From positions 1,665,760 to 1,729,759 of the forward strand of contig OZ244038.1 of NCBI GenBank assembly GCA_965215145.1: a stretch of DNA of 64,000 bases, read 5' to 3'. The DNA is from Rhodothermales bacterium (GTDB lineage Bacteria; Bacteroidota; Rhodothermia; Rhodothermales; JANQRZ01). Below, in pieces: positions 1 to 9,126 of this stretch (its first letter is position 1; every line of letters begins with the position of its first letter). The position numbers and the translations under genes are program-made. The notes beneath the pieces were generated by a model. The model saw only the letters and a program-made list of their open reading frames with translations, did no database searches and had not been told where the DNA came from.

Positions 1-1
1 G

Positions 2-577
2 AGCCAGGCCCTCCGGAAGCTCACCGGCACCATCAACCGGACGAAGACCTCGCTCATCTTCATCAACCAGATCCGCGAGAAGATCGGCGTCATGTTCGGC
101 TCCCCCGAGACCACGCCGGGCGGGCGGGCGCTGAAGTTCTACTGCTCCGTGCGCATGGACATCCGCCGCATCGGCGCCGTCAAGGACGGGACCGACATCG
201 TCGGCAACCGGACGCGCGTGAAGGTCGTCAAGAACAAGGTCGCCCCGCCGTTCCGCCAGGCCGAGTTCGACATCATCTACGGCGAGGGCGTCTCGTCGAT
301 GGGCGAGCTCGTCGACATGGCCGTCGACAACGACATCATCGGGAAGTCCGGCTCGTGGTTCTCCTACGACGGCGACAACATCGGGCAGGGCCGCGACGCC
401 GCCAAGCAGTGGCTCCGCGACAACGAGGCCCAGCGCGACGAGGTGATGCAGCGCGTGAAGATCGCCCTCGGGATGATCCCGGACCCGGACGCCCCGGCCG
501 AGGAGACCGACGCCGCGGAGGCGGCCGAGGTCGCGGAGGGCCAGACGAACGGGACCTCCGACGTGTTCGGCGGCTGA
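2..577 (+). CDS. recA: Recombinase RecA, C-terminal part (5' end upstream of window)
   Basis: The frame is open from the window edge. The translation [21 protein letters not shown]...[30 protein letters not shown]...GKSGSWFSY is the conserved RecA core and C-terminal region, followed by an acidic tail. Confidence 0.95.
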   Translation, partial: SQALRKLTGTINRTKTSLIFINQIREKIGVMFGSPETTPGGRALKFYCSVRMDIRRIGAVKDGTDIVGNRTRVKVVKNKVAPPFRQAEFDIIYGEGVSSMGELVDMAVDNDIIGKSGSWFSYDGDNIGQGRDAAKQWLRDNEAQRDEVMQRVKIALGMIPDPDAPAEETDAAEAAEVAEGQTNGTSDVFGG

Positions 578-708
578 CGCCGCGCACGTCCGAAGCACCC
601 GCGCCGCCCGGTGGATCCGACCCGCCGGGCGGCGCTGTTCCGCTCGGGTCCGCTCGCAGCGCGGGAGGGGGAGGCGCAGTCCTCCGGGTCTGCGCTCGTC
701 GGCACGTG

Positions 709-735
709 GTAGGGCGTACGGCCGTACGCCCCTAC
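709..735. repeat. GTAGGGGCG-type intergenic palindrome (imperfect), likely recA terminator hairpin
   Basis: GTAGGGCGTACG-GC-CGTACGCCCCTAC lies about 130 nt after the recA stop codon. Confidence 0.6.
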
Positions 736-824
736 GGCGGTCAAAGCGGGCAGCTCGGCTGATCTCGCGCCTCGTCGCCTGCCGGGGCATCCCCTCGATG
801 CCAACGGGCTCCGTAGCTTCGGCC

Positions 825-1571
825 ATGCCGCTCCGCCACCCTCTGCCCGCCCTCGCCCTCCTGCTCCTCGTAGTGGGGACCGCCCCGTGCGCCCCCGCCC
901 AGGTCGCCGACCCGTCCGAGCTTCCGGCCGAGCCGCCGCCGAGCGAGGATCCGCCCTCGCCGCTCGACGTCCGCGTCCTCCGGGGGATCTACGACGCCGA
1001 CGGCCCGCTCATGAGCGCGACGATGCGCGGCGCCAACTGGACCTCCGGCAAGACGTTCATCGCCGCTGCGCCCGCGATGTGGCTCGGCACCCTCGCCCTC
1101 GGCGGGAGCGACCCCGACTACCGCCCGGCCTACCGGCTGACGCTCTCGGAGGCGGGCGCCATCGGGCTCGTGTTCGCGCTGAAAAATGCGATCCGACGGC
1201 CCCGGCCCTACGCCGCGCACCCCGACATCCTCCCGCGCTCGGCGGGCCACCCCTCCGCCGTAGACCCGTTCTCGTTCCCGTCGGGCCACGCCGCCGTCTC
1301 GTTCGCGCTCGCCACCTCCCTCAGCCTCTCGTACCCCGAGTGGTACGTCGTCGCCCCGGCGATGGGGTGGGCCGTGGCGGTCTCCGTCAGCCGCCCGTGG
1401 CTCGGCGTCCACTACCCCAGCGACGTGCTCATCGGCGCGGCGATGGGCTCGGGGGTGGCGCTGCTCGTCGCCGCGCTCGACGACGTGATCACGCCCGACG
1501 GGCTCGGGCCGGACGAAGAAGCCGCGGCGCCGGATGTGATGCTGGTCCCGCTCCTGCGCGTTGGGCTCTGA
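825..1571 (+). CDS. PAP2-family (type 2 phosphatidic acid / undecaprenyl-PP-like) phosphatase, secreted or membrane
   Basis: PAP2 motifs are present: KNAIRRPRPY, PSGHAA and SRPWLGVHYPSDV. A signal-like N-terminus MPLRHPLPALALLLLVV starts at the ATG at 825. An alternative ATG is at 798. Confidence 0.8.
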   Translation: MPLRHPLPALALLLLVVGTAPCAPAQVADPSELPAEPPPSEDPPSPLDVRVLRGIYDADGPLMSATMRGANWTSGKTFIAAAPAMWLGTLALGGSDPDYRPAYRLTLSEAGAIGLVFALKNAIRRPRPYAAHPDILPRSAGHPSAVDPFSFPSGHAAVSFALATSLSLSYPEWYVVAPAMGWAVAVSVSRPWLGVHYPSDVLIGAAMGSGVALLVAALDDVITPDGLGPDEEAAAPDVMLVPLLRVGL

Positions 1572-2490
1572 GGCCGTGCGCCGCGCGCTCCCCCTGCTGA
1601 TCCTCCTCGCCGGCTGCCAGCCGATGCCCCTCGCCCCCGACGGCTTCGACCTCCAGGGCCACCGCGGCGCCCGCGGCCTCGCCCCGGAGAACACCCTGCC
1701 CGCGTTCCAACTCGCCCTCGACCTCGGGGTGACGACGCTCGAGCTCGACACCGTGATCGGGGGGGACGGCGCCGTCGTCGTCTCGCACGAGCCGTGGATG
1801 GCGCACGAGATCTGCCAGCACCCCGACGGCCGGCCCATCGCGCCGGACGAGGCCGAGGGGCTGCTCATCCACCGGATGCCCTACGAGGAGGTGGCGCGGT
1901 TCGACTGCGGGAGCCGACGGCACCCGCGGTTCCCGCGGCAGGCATCGGAGCCCGCGCGAAAGCCATTATTGCAAGAGGTGTTCGCGCTGGCCGAGGCCCA
2001 CGCCGCCGAGCACGGCCGCCCCATCTCTTACAACGTCGAGACGAAGTCGCGCCCGGCGTGGGACGGGGAAAGGCAGGCGGCGCCCGGGCGGTTCGTGGAG
2101 CTGCTGTGGGAGGAGGTCGAGCGGGCCGGCGTGGCCGCGCGGTTCACGCTGCAATCCTTCGACGTGCGGACGCTGCAAGAGGCCCGGCGGCGCAAGCTGC
2201 CGATTCGGCTGGCACTGCTCGTTGAGGCGGAGGACACAGCGCTCGCCGATCCCGCCGGCGCGATGGAGCAGGGGCTCGGCGCGCTCGGCTTCACGCCCGA
2301 CATCTACAGCCCGGACTACCGGCTCGTCACGGCCGAGGTGCTGGAGCGGGCACATGGGCTCGAGATGCTGGTGATCCCGTGGACGGTGAACGACGTGGGG
2401 GAGATGCGGCGGCTGAGGGCGCTCGGCGTCGACGGCCTCATCACCGACTACCCTGACCTCGGGGTGAAGCTGCTGGACGAGGAGCGGTGA
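1561..2490 (+). CDS. Glycerophosphodiester phosphodiesterase (GDPD family) lipoprotein
   Basis: GDPD signature HRGARGLAPENTLPAF is present, with ...IPWTVND at the C-terminal end. Lipobox LLILLAGC is present. The TTG start at 1561 overlaps the PAP2 stop; an alternative GTG is at 1576. Confidence 0.85.
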   Translation: MGSEAVRRALPLLILLAGCQPMPLAPDGFDLQGHRGARGLAPENTLPAFQLALDLGVTTLELDTVIGGDGAVVVSHEPWMAHEICQHPDGRPIAPDEAEGLLIHRMPYEEVARFDCGSRRHPRFPRQASEPARKPLLQEVFALAEAHAAEHGRPISYNVETKSRPAWDGERQAAPGRFVELLWEEVERAGVAARFTLQSFDVRTLQEARRRKLPIRLALLVEAEDTALADPAGAMEQGLGALGFTPDIYSPDYRLVTAEVLERAHGLEMLVIPWTVNDVGEMRRLRALGVDGLITDYPDLGVKLLDEER

Positions 2491-2888
2491 TGGAGCGGCG
2501 GAGCTTCGGTACGGGCACGCGGTGGGAGGCGGCGTTCGGGTACGCCCGCGCCGTCCGCATCGGCCCGCACGTCTGGGTCGCGGGCACGACGGCGATAGGG
2601 TCGGACGGCCGGATCGCCGCGCCGGACGACGCGGGGACGCAGACGCGACAGGCGTTCCAGAATGTCGAGCAGGCGCTCGAAGAGCTCGGCGCCTCGCTGG
2701 CCGACGTCGTCCGCACCCGGCTCCACGTCACCGACATCCGGCGGGACGGCGAGGCCGTCGGGACCGCGCACGGCGAAGTCTTCGGCGAGATTCGGCCGGT
2801 GACGGCGATGGGCGAGGTCGCCCGGCTGATCGAGCCGGCGATGCGCGTCGAGGTGGAGGCCGAGGCATTCGTCAGGGGAAATGCCTGA
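2487..2888 (+). CDS. RidA/YjgF/UK114-family protein
   Basis: The family-typical N-terminus is WEAAFGYARAVRIGPHVWVAGTTA and the C-terminus is RVEVEAEA. An ATGA overlap with the upstream stop suggests translational coupling. Confidence 0.85.
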   Translation: MMERRSFGTGTRWEAAFGYARAVRIGPHVWVAGTTAIGSDGRIAAPDDAGTQTRQAFQNVEQALEELGASLADVVRTRLHVTDIRRDGEAVGTAHGEVFGEIRPVTAMGEVARLIEPAMRVEVEAEAFVRGNA

Positions 2889-2985
2889 CGGCCCATCAGG
2901 CGGTACCTGATTCTGACTCAGCCCCTTGACTTCATGCGCTTTTTTTTTAGGCTACGGATGCATGTCTCACCAAACACATACCGCC

Positions 2986-3618
2986 ATGCGCATCTTCTAT
3001 CCATCCCTCCTCCTCACGCTCCTGGCGTGCCTCGCCCTATCGGCTTGTGACAACGCCGAACCTGAATTGCTGGGCGCAGAGGTCGCTCCACTCATCGACC
3101 CGGACACGTACTTCGCATCGGCAGCCAGCGGTGACGACTTGAGGTCGGACCCTGACGTCCAGGAGCTCTTCGCCATCTACGACGAGTTGATGACGGCGGC
3201 TCTGCAGCACACCACACCGGGAGAGCTCAAGGCGGCCTTCCAGCAGGCTAACATCACGGGCGACACCTCGGAGCTCGATGCGATCTTCGGCCTGTCCGAT
3301 GCGGAGATCGACGCCCTCAATACGCGTCGTACGGAGGCACATCAGCGCCTCGTCGCTCGCTACCCTGACCTGGAGACGATGGCGGAGGGTGCCACGTGCA
3401 ACCCAACCTCCCCCGCCAACGTGAGCGGTTTCCAGGCCTTCTACGCCGAGCTCTACGACGGCGACGCCAGCACTCGGCCGCCCCCTGACTGCCAGTGGGT
3501 CGCCCTCGCCGTCGGCGTCGCCGCTTGCGCGGCGACTTCACCGACCGTCATCCTGTATGCGATGTGCGTCTTCGTAATGAACTGCTCCTTCTGCGAGAAC
3601 ATGGGGGGCTGCGGTTGA
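2986..3618 (+). CDS. Hypothetical lipoprotein with Cys-rich hydrophobic C-terminus
   Basis: Lipobox MRIFYPSLLLTLLACLALSAC is present. The C-terminal 45 aa contain 8 Cys ([42 protein letters not shown]). The region looks lower in GC than its neighbours by eye. I recognise no family. Confidence 0.5.
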   Translation: MRIFYPSLLLTLLACLALSACDNAEPELLGAEVAPLIDPDTYFASAASGDDLRSDPDVQELFAIYDELMTAALQHTTPGELKAAFQQANITGDTSELDAIFGLSDAEIDALNTRRTEAHQRLVARYPDLETMAEGATCNPTSPANVSGFQAFYAELYDGDASTRPPPDCQWVALAVGVAACAATSPTVILYAMCVFVMNCSFCENMGGCG

Positions 3619-3709
3619 AGATCCCTCTACAGTGCGGGGAGGGTGCAGCAAAGGCCCTCCCCGCATAGAGACGCGCTCTATCTCAAAGCCGAACTCAACG
3701 GAGAGCATC

Positions 3710-3949
3710 ATGGACCTTCTGCCTAACTTCGCTCTCGCTGCCGCCGGCGCAGCCCTGTTCTTTCTGAAGGACCATTTCCCTCAATGGGTGGTCACAGCCA
3801 TCATCGTAGGCTGCACGTCCTTCTTCCTCGTTCGTTTCATCCTCGGCTACGGCTTCGAGAACGCATTTTTCGTCCTCTTGGGAGCTATAGCCCTGACGGA
3901 CCTTGTGAGGCGCTCACGAGCCCCGCAGGCGCGGCACAGAACCCGCTGA
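3710..3949 (+). CDS. Small hypothetical membrane protein (about 2-3 TM segments)
   Basis: The ATG at 3710 is preceded by GGAGAG. Hydrophobic segments are LLPNFALAAAGAALFFL, VVTAIIVGCTSFFLVRFILGY and AFFVLLGAIALT. It sits in the same lower-GC patch as the preceding gene. Confidence 0.45.
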   Translation: MDLLPNFALAAAGAALFFLKDHFPQWVVTAIIVGCTSFFLVRFILGYGFENAFFVLLGAIALTDLVRRSRAPQARHRTR

Positions 3950-3971
3950 GACGGGGGAGAAAAGAAGATGC

Positions 3972-4841
3972 TCACCCCTCCTCGTGGGTCGGGACGACGG
4001 CGACGGGGCAGGGGGCGGCGCGGACGACCTTCTCCGTCGTGCTCCCGATCAGGAACCGGCTCAGCCCGCGCCGGCCCTCCCGCGTCATCACCGCGAGGTC
4101 CGCCCCGTGCTCCTCGGCGAAGTCCACGATGGCGTCGTCGGCGTCGCCGTGGGCGAAGTGGATCTCAGCCGGGACGTTCGGCCCCTCAGCATCACGGACG
4201 GCCCGTTCCATCTCGGCGCGGGCTTTCTCGCGGACCTCCGGGAACAGCTCGTGCAGCGGGTTCGCCACGTCGCCGTAGATCCCCGGCACGTTGATCTCTT
4301 CTACGACGTGGAGGAGGTGGAGGCGGGCCTCGCAGGCGGCGGCGAGCGCCTTCGCCAGCGGCAGCGCCTTCAGGCTGGCCTCCGAGAGGTCGAGCGGGAC
4401 GAGCACCGCGTCGAGCGAGCCCTGCGGGAACCGGGTGCCGGCGGCCTCGCGGAAGGTGAGCACGGGGCACGGCGCCATCCGCAGCAGCTCCTCGGCGGCG
4501 CTGCCGAGCAGGAGCCGCCCGAGCCCCCGCCGCCCGTGCGTCCCCACCACGATCAGGTCCGCCTCCGTCTCGGCGGCGTGGCGCGCGAGGGCCGGCGCGG
4601 CGGCGCCCCCCGTGAGCACGGTGGTCTCGGCCGAGGTGCCCACCGGGAGGTGCGCGTCGAGGTGGGCCGTCAGCGCGCCGCGGTCTTCGGCCATCGCCGT
4701 CGCAGTTGGCGCGTCGCTTTCGAGGACGTGCGCGACGTCGAGCGTGGCGCCGAGCCGGCCGGCGAGGTCGGCGGCGAAGCGGAGGGCGCGGCCGGCGCCG
4801 TCGGAGAAGTCGGTGCCGACGAGGAGGCGGGAGAGCGTCAT
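3972..4841 (-). CDS. Universal stress protein, tandem UspA domains
   Basis: Two Usp repeats are present (LLVGTDFSDGA...VVGTHGRRGLGRLLLGSAAEELL and VLVPLDLSE...VMTREGRRGLSRFLIGSTTEKVV). Confidence 0.85.
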   Translation of the reverse strand: MTLSRLLVGTDFSDGAGRALRFAADLAGRLGATLDVAHVLESDAPTATAMAEDRGALTAHLDAHLPVGTSAETTVLTGGAAAPALARHAAETEADLIVVGTHGRRGLGRLLLGSAAEELLRMAPCPVLTFREAAGTRFPQGSLDAVLVPLDLSEASLKALPLAKALAAACEARLHLLHVVEEINVPGIYGDVANPLHELFPEVREKARAEMERAVRDAEGPNVPAEIHFAHGDADDAIVDFAEEHGADLAVMTREGRRGLSRFLIGSTTEKVVRAAPCPVAVVPTHEEG

Positions 4842-4959
4842 GGCGGGGGCGGCTGGAGGGCCTTCAACCTACGGCGGGCGGGCTCGCCGGGTCCGGGCTT
4901 AACGGCTCGGTAACGCTGTGGGGTCGCGTATACTCTGCGCTCCCGCCACCCCGAACGAC

Positions 4960-4979
4960 GGGCGCGATATATCGCGCCC
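4960..4979. repeat. Perfect 20-nt palindrome of the GGGCG family just upstream of the S46 peptidase start
   Basis: GGGCGCGATATATCGCGCCC is followed by CTAC. Confidence 0.6.
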
Positions 4980-4985
4980 CTACGA

Positions 4986-7082
4986 ATGCCTCCGATGCGT
5001 CTCCTCCCTGCCCTCGTCCTCTCTCTCATCCTCATCCTGCCCGCCGCCGCGCAGGACGACCCGATGCGCGCGGGGCCGCTCGACAACGGCAAGATGTGGA
5101 CGTTCGAGAACCCCCCGACCGAGTACCTGGAGGAGACCTACGGCCTCCGCCCGGACGCCGCGTGGTACGACCGCGCGCGGATGGCGGCGCTCCGGCTCCC
5201 CGGCTGCTCGGCCTCGTTCGTCTCCGCCGACGGCCTCGTCGTCACCAACCACCACTGCGTCCGCGGCCCCATCGTGGACGTGACCCGCGAGGGCGAAAGC
5301 CTCCTGGATGACGGGTTCGCCGCACGGGCGATGGAGGAGGAGCGCGCCGTGCCCGGCCTCTACGTCGATCAGCTCGTCGCCATCGCCGACGTGACCGGCC
5401 GGATGGAGGCGGCGATGGCGGAGGCGCAGACCGACGCCGAGCGCGTGGACGCCCGCGAGACCGAGGTCGCCGCCATCGAGGAGGAGCTGGAGGCGACGGC
5501 CGGCGACGGGCACAGCGTCCAGGTCGTGAGCCTCTACAACGGCGGACGGTTCTCGGCCTACACCTTCCGGCGCTACGACGACCTCCGCCTCGTGGCCGCG
5601 CCCGAGGACGCCCTCGGCTTCTTCGGCGGCGACCCCGACAACTTCACCTACCCCCGCTACGCGCTCGACTTCGCCTTCCTCCGCGTCTACGGCGACGACG
5701 GCGAGCCGCTCGACTCCTCGGACTTCTACTTCCCCTGGACCGACGACGGCGTCGCTCCGGGCGACCTCGTCTTCGTCATCGGCAACCCCGGCTCCACCGA
5801 CCGCGGCGACACCGTCGCCCAGCTCGAAACCCGCCGCGGCGTGCAGGTGCCGGCCATGCTGGAGTTCCTCGACAGCCGCGTCGACGCCCTCCGCGCCTAC
5901 CTCGCCACCGACCCCCCGAACGAGGACGCGCTGCGGAACCAGCTCTTCGGGATCACCAACGCGCAGAAGGCCTACCGGGGCCGCCGCGACGCCCTCGCCG
6001 ACCCGGTCATCATGTCGCGCCGCCGCGACTTCGAGCGCTCCTTCCGCGTCGCGGTCGAGGCCGACCCCGAGCTCCGCGCCGAGTACGGCGACCTCTTCGA
6101 CCGGATGGCCGCGGTGCAGGCCGAGCGCCGCGCCCTCCGCGCTGACCGGGCCGCGTTCAACCAGCTCACCAACTCCCGCTACTCGTCGCTCGCGCTCCTC
6201 CGGGGTGCCCTCGCGCTGCGCCTCCTCAGCGGCGACGCCAGCGTGGAGGACGATCTCCGCGATGTCGCCGACCGCCCCGGCGACCTCGAACGCGCCTACC
6301 TCACCGCGCAGCTCCGCACCCTCGCCCGCCACCGCCCCGACCTCGCCCAGGCGGCGATGGATGGCCGGACGCCGGAGGAGACCGCCGAGGCCGTCATCAC
6401 CGGCTCGGTGCTCTCGACGGACAAGACGGCCGAGGAGGCGCTGGACGCCGGCACCCTCACGATGGAGGACCCCGCCGTCGCGCTCGCCGCCGCCGTCCTC
6501 CCTGCCTACGCCGACTTCGCCAGCGCCGACGCCGGGCTCGGCGCGCAGGAGGAGGAGCTCGCCCGCCAGCTCGGCCGCGCCCGCTTCGCCGTCTACGGCA
6601 CGACGATCCCGCCCGACGCCACCTTCTCGCCCCGGTTCACCGACGGCGTCGTCCGCGGCTACGCCTACAACGGCACCGTCGCCCCGCCGTACACGACGCT
6701 GTTCGGGCTCTACGACCACTACCACTCCTACGGCCCCGACTCCGAGTGGACGCTCCCGGACCGCTGGCTCCCCGCCCCGCCCGACCTCAACCTCGCGACG
6801 CCGCTCAACTTCGTCTCGACCTCCGACACCATCGGCGGCAACTCCGGCTCCCCCGCCGTCAACCGCGACCTCGAGCTCGTCGGGCTCAACTTCGACCGGA
6901 CCATCGAGGGGCTCAGCCGGGACCACATCTACTTCGCCGACCGCGGCCGGAACGTGATGGTCGACGCCCGAGCGGTGATCGAGGCGCTCGACGTGGTCTA
7001 CGACCTCGACCGGATCGTGGCCGAGCTGCGCACGGGCGCCGCCGTCGCCTCCGAGGCCGATGCGGACACGATGCGACCGTAG
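4986..7082 (+). CDS. S46-family serine peptidase (DPP7/DPP11-like dipeptidyl-peptidase), secreted
   Basis: A signal peptide is present. The N-terminal block GKMWTFENPP...GCSASFVSADGLVVTNHHC carries the catalytic His. The catalytic Ser lies in GGNSGSPAVN. Confidence 0.9.
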   Translation: MPPMRLLPALVLSLILILPAAAQDDPMRAGPLDNGKMWTFENPPTEYLEETYGLRPDAAWYDRARMAALRLPGCSASFVSADGLVVTNHHCVRGPIVDVTREGESLLDDGFAARAMEEERAVPGLYVDQLVAIADVTGRMEAAMAEAQTDAERVDARETEVAAIEEELEATAGDGHSVQVVSLYNGGRFSAYTFRRYDDLRLVAAPEDALGFFGGDPDNFTYPRYALDFAFLRVYGDDGEPLDSSDFYFPWTDDGVAPGDLVFVIGNPGSTDRGDTVAQLETRRGVQVPAMLEFLDSRVDALRAYLATDPPNEDALRNQLFGITNAQKAYRGRRDALADPVIMSRRRDFERSFRVAVEADPELRAEYGDLFDRMAAVQAERRALRADRAAFNQLTNSRYSSLALLRGALALRLLSGDASVEDDLRDVADRPGDLERAYLTAQLRTLARHRPDLAQAAMDGRTPEETAEAVITGSVLSTDKTAEEALDAGTLTMEDPAVALAAAVLPAYADFASADAGLGAQEEELARQLGRARFAVYGTTIPPDATFSPRFTDGVVRGYAYNGTVAPPYTTLFGLYDHYHSYGPDSEWTLPDRWLPAPPDLNLATPLNFVSTSDTIGGNSGSPAVNRDLELVGLNFDRTIEGLSRDHIYFADRGRNVMVDARAVIEALDVVYDLDRIVAELRTGAAVASEADADTMRP

Positions 7083-7094
7083 AAGAAGCCATTC

Positions 7095-7355
7095 ATGCCC
7101 CGCATCTCTGAGTTCTACGGCATCGCCATCTACCTCTACTACGCCGACCACAACCCGCCACACTTCCACGCGATCTACGGCGGGCAGCAGGCGGAGGTCG
7201 CTATCCGCACCGGCGAGGTCATCGTTGGCACGCTGCCGAAGCGGGCGCTGCGTCTCGTACGAGAGTGGGCGGAGACGTACCGCGGCGAGCTGTTGGAGGA
7301 TTGGGAACGCGCCCGGCAGGGAGAGCCGTTGAATCCAATCCCGCCCCTCGCATAG
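7095..7355 (+). CDS. DUF4160-family small protein
   Basis: MPRISEFYGIAIYLYYADHNPPHFHAIYGGQQAEV matches the DUF4160 N-terminal pattern as I recall it. Confidence 0.8.
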   Translation: MPRISEFYGIAIYLYYADHNPPHFHAIYGGQQAEVAIRTGEVIVGTLPKRALRLVREWAETYRGELLEDWERARQGEPLNPIPPLA

Positions 7356-7365
7356 CCCCCGAACC

Positions 7366-7641
7366 GTGGCCGAAGTCCTGCGAATCCTCAACGCCGATGC
7401 TCTCGGGGATCACCGGCTCCGTTTGCTCTTTAGCACGGGCGAGACTCGGGTGGTAGATGTGCTGCCTCTCGTCGAGCGAGTTGGCGGCCCAGTGTTCCAG
7501 CCGCTGCGCGACCCGGCCTACTTCGCCCGCGTGAGTGTCGACCCGATCTGCGGCACGGTCGTCTGGCCTAATGGGGCCGACTTGGCCCCGTCTGCGCTCT
7601 ACGACCTCGAAGAGGTGAGGGCCACGTCAGCGGCAGGCTGA
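7366..7641 (+). CDS. DUF2442-family small protein
   Basis: The pattern is DUF2442-like (LRLLFSTGETRVVDVLPL...FQPLRDPAYFARVSVDPICGTVVWPNGADLAPSALY). It lies 10 nt after the DUF4160 gene, which is the usual pairing. Confidence 0.75.
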   Translation: MAEVLRILNADALGDHRLRLLFSTGETRVVDVLPLVERVGGPVFQPLRDPAYFARVSVDPICGTVVWPNGADLAPSALYDLEEVRATSAAG

Positions 7642-7674
7642 CCCCCGCACTCTGCGGAGTGTTGCAAGAGGTCA

Positions 7675-8085
7675 TTGCCTGAACGAGATGTGCTCCGGGT
7701 GCGGGTAACAGAAGAGGGTGACGTCTGGGTCCGTGGTAGAGAGGTGAGCCTTGACGAGCTTGCTGCTCTTGTCCACGACTTCCTGCGTAACCCGCAGCGG
7801 CGGTCCGACTTCCCCCAGAAGCCGAGGCATCCCTCAGTTCACATGTCCACCAACAGGAATGCATCCTGTGAATCCTGCAATGACTGTCTGGATGCGATCA
7901 AATACGGCTTCAACCGTCTCTCTGACGAACGAGCGCAGAAGCTCTATCGCAAGGCCTATCAGGACGTGTGGTGGGGGTCCGGGGACCCGAATAGGGAGAG
8001 AAGATGCTTAAGGAGATCAGAAGAATATCATCGCACTCTCAGGTCATCGTGTTGGGTGATTAAGCCAGAGTCTAAGCGGCACTAG
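7675..8085 (+). CDS. Hypothetical; resembles the periplasmic C-terminal part of Bacteroidota-type ExbD but lacks the N-terminal TM helix (possible gene remnant)
   Basis: TTG start. VRVTEEGDVWVRGREVSLDELAALVHDFLRNP ... SVHMSTNRNASCESCNDCLDAIKYGFNRLSDERAQKLYRKAY follows the pattern I remember for flavobacterial ExbD-like proteins. The GC content looks lower than the surroundings. The tail is Arg/Cys-rich and looks degenerate. Confidence 0.35.
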   Translation: MPERDVLRVRVTEEGDVWVRGREVSLDELAALVHDFLRNPQRRSDFPQKPRHPSVHMSTNRNASCESCNDCLDAIKYGFNRLSDERAQKLYRKAYQDVWWGSGDPNRERRCLRRSEEYHRTLRSSCWVIKPESKRH

Positions 8086-8106
8086 CCCTACCGAGAGTTC
8101 AACCGC

Positions 8107-9126
8107 TCATCCCCGCGGCCCCGCCCGTCGGAGGAGGACGAGGAAGAACGGGACGCCGCAGAGCGCCGTCAGCACGCCCACGGGGAGGACCTGCCCGGCG
8201 AGCACCGTCCGCGCGGCGAGGTCGGCCCAGACGAGGAACACGGCGCCGGCCCCGAACGTCACCGGCACCACGCGCCGGTGCCCGACGCCGACGACGAACC
8301 GGACGGCGTGCGGCACGATCAGCCCCACGAACCCGATGATCCCGCTCGCCGCGACGAGGACGCCGGTGACGAGCGCCGTCAGGACGATCAGCGCGCGCTT
8401 CAGCGCCTCCACCGGCACGCCGAGGCTTTGAGCTGGCTCCTCGCCCGTGAGCAGCGCGTCCATCGGGCGGGCCAGTGCCCACAGCGCGAGCGCACCCCCG
8501 ACGGCCACGGTCGCCGGCAGCCCGACCTCCCCCCACGTCGTCCCCTCGAACGAGCCGAGCAGGAGGAACAGCAGCGTCTGCAGCTTCTGCGGGGCCGGCG
8601 AGGCGAAGATCAGGAACGACGTGAGCGCCCCGAGGAGCGCCTGCACGGCCACGCCGGCCAGCAGCAGTCGCGCCGTCGAGACCCGCGACCCCTCGCGGGC
8701 GACGAGCACGACGGCGACCATCGCGAGGAGCGCGCCGAGGAACGCCGCGAGCCCCAGCGAGAGCGCGCCCGTGAGCGCCGCAGGCAGGAAGCCGAGGTAG
8801 AACAGGCTGACCCCCGCGCTCGCCCCGCCGGAGACGCCGAGGATGTACGGCTCGGCGAGGGGGTTGCGCACGAGGGCCTGCATCCCCACGCCCACGACGG
8901 CGAGCCCGCCCCCGACGAGCCCCGCCAGCACGACCCGCGGCAGCCGCAGCTCCCACACGATCAGCTCCGCCGTCGGGTCCGGCGCCGCGCCGAGCCCGAT
9001 CCGGTGCCCGACCGCGCGCCCGACCTCCGCCAGCGACACGTCCGCGCTGCCCACGGCCACGGCGACGGCGGCCGACGCCAGCCACGCCACCCCCAGCCCC
9101 ACGCCGAGGAGCAGCGCTCGGCTCAC
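8107..9126 (-). CDS. FecCD/BtuC-family ABC importer permease
   Basis: LRLPRVVLAGLVGGGLAVVGVGMQALVRNPLAEPYILGVSGGAS is the FecCD signature region. The GTG start at 9126 overlaps the upstream stop (GTGA). The longer ORF-track N-terminus is Arg/Pro-rich and spurious. Confidence 0.9.
   Translation of the reverse strand: MSRALLLGVGLGVAWLASAAVAVAVGSADVSLAEVGRAVGHRIGLGAAPDPTAELIVWELRLPRVVLAGLVGGGLAVVGVGMQALVRNPLAEPYILGVSGGASAGVSLFYLGFLPAALTGALSLGLAAFLGALLAMVAVVLVAREGSRVSTARLLLAGVAVQALLGALTSFLIFASPAPQKLQTLLFLLLGSFEGTTWGEVGLPATVAVGGALALWALARPMDALLTGEEPAQSLGVPVEALKRALIVLTALVTGVLVAASGIIGFVGLIVPHAVRFVVGVGHRRVVPVTFGAGAVFLVWADLAARTVLAGQVLPVGVLTALCGVPFFLVLLRRAGPRG

Noticed and set aside
2896-2948. Intrinsic terminator for the ridA operon ending in the T9 run
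   Set aside because: The only hairpins before the T-run are weak (a 5-6 bp ATCAGG/CCTGAT stem more than 30 nt upstream) and no GC-rich stem abuts the T tract. The T-run may instead be an upstream promoter element of the foreign lipoprotein gene.
4980-7391. 803-aa minus-strand ORF, and similar giants at 18676-21090 (upstream part), 22647-24602, 24142-25920, 27298-29034, 40596-42047, 46103-48925, 48968-50464, 54428-57952 (upstream part), 61706-63907
   Set aside because: These are antisense to genes with clear family signatures. Their composition is dominated by Arg/Gly/Ala/Pro/Asp/Val-Glu runs, as expected for stop-free antisense frames in ~70+% GC DNA. They contain no recognisable motifs.
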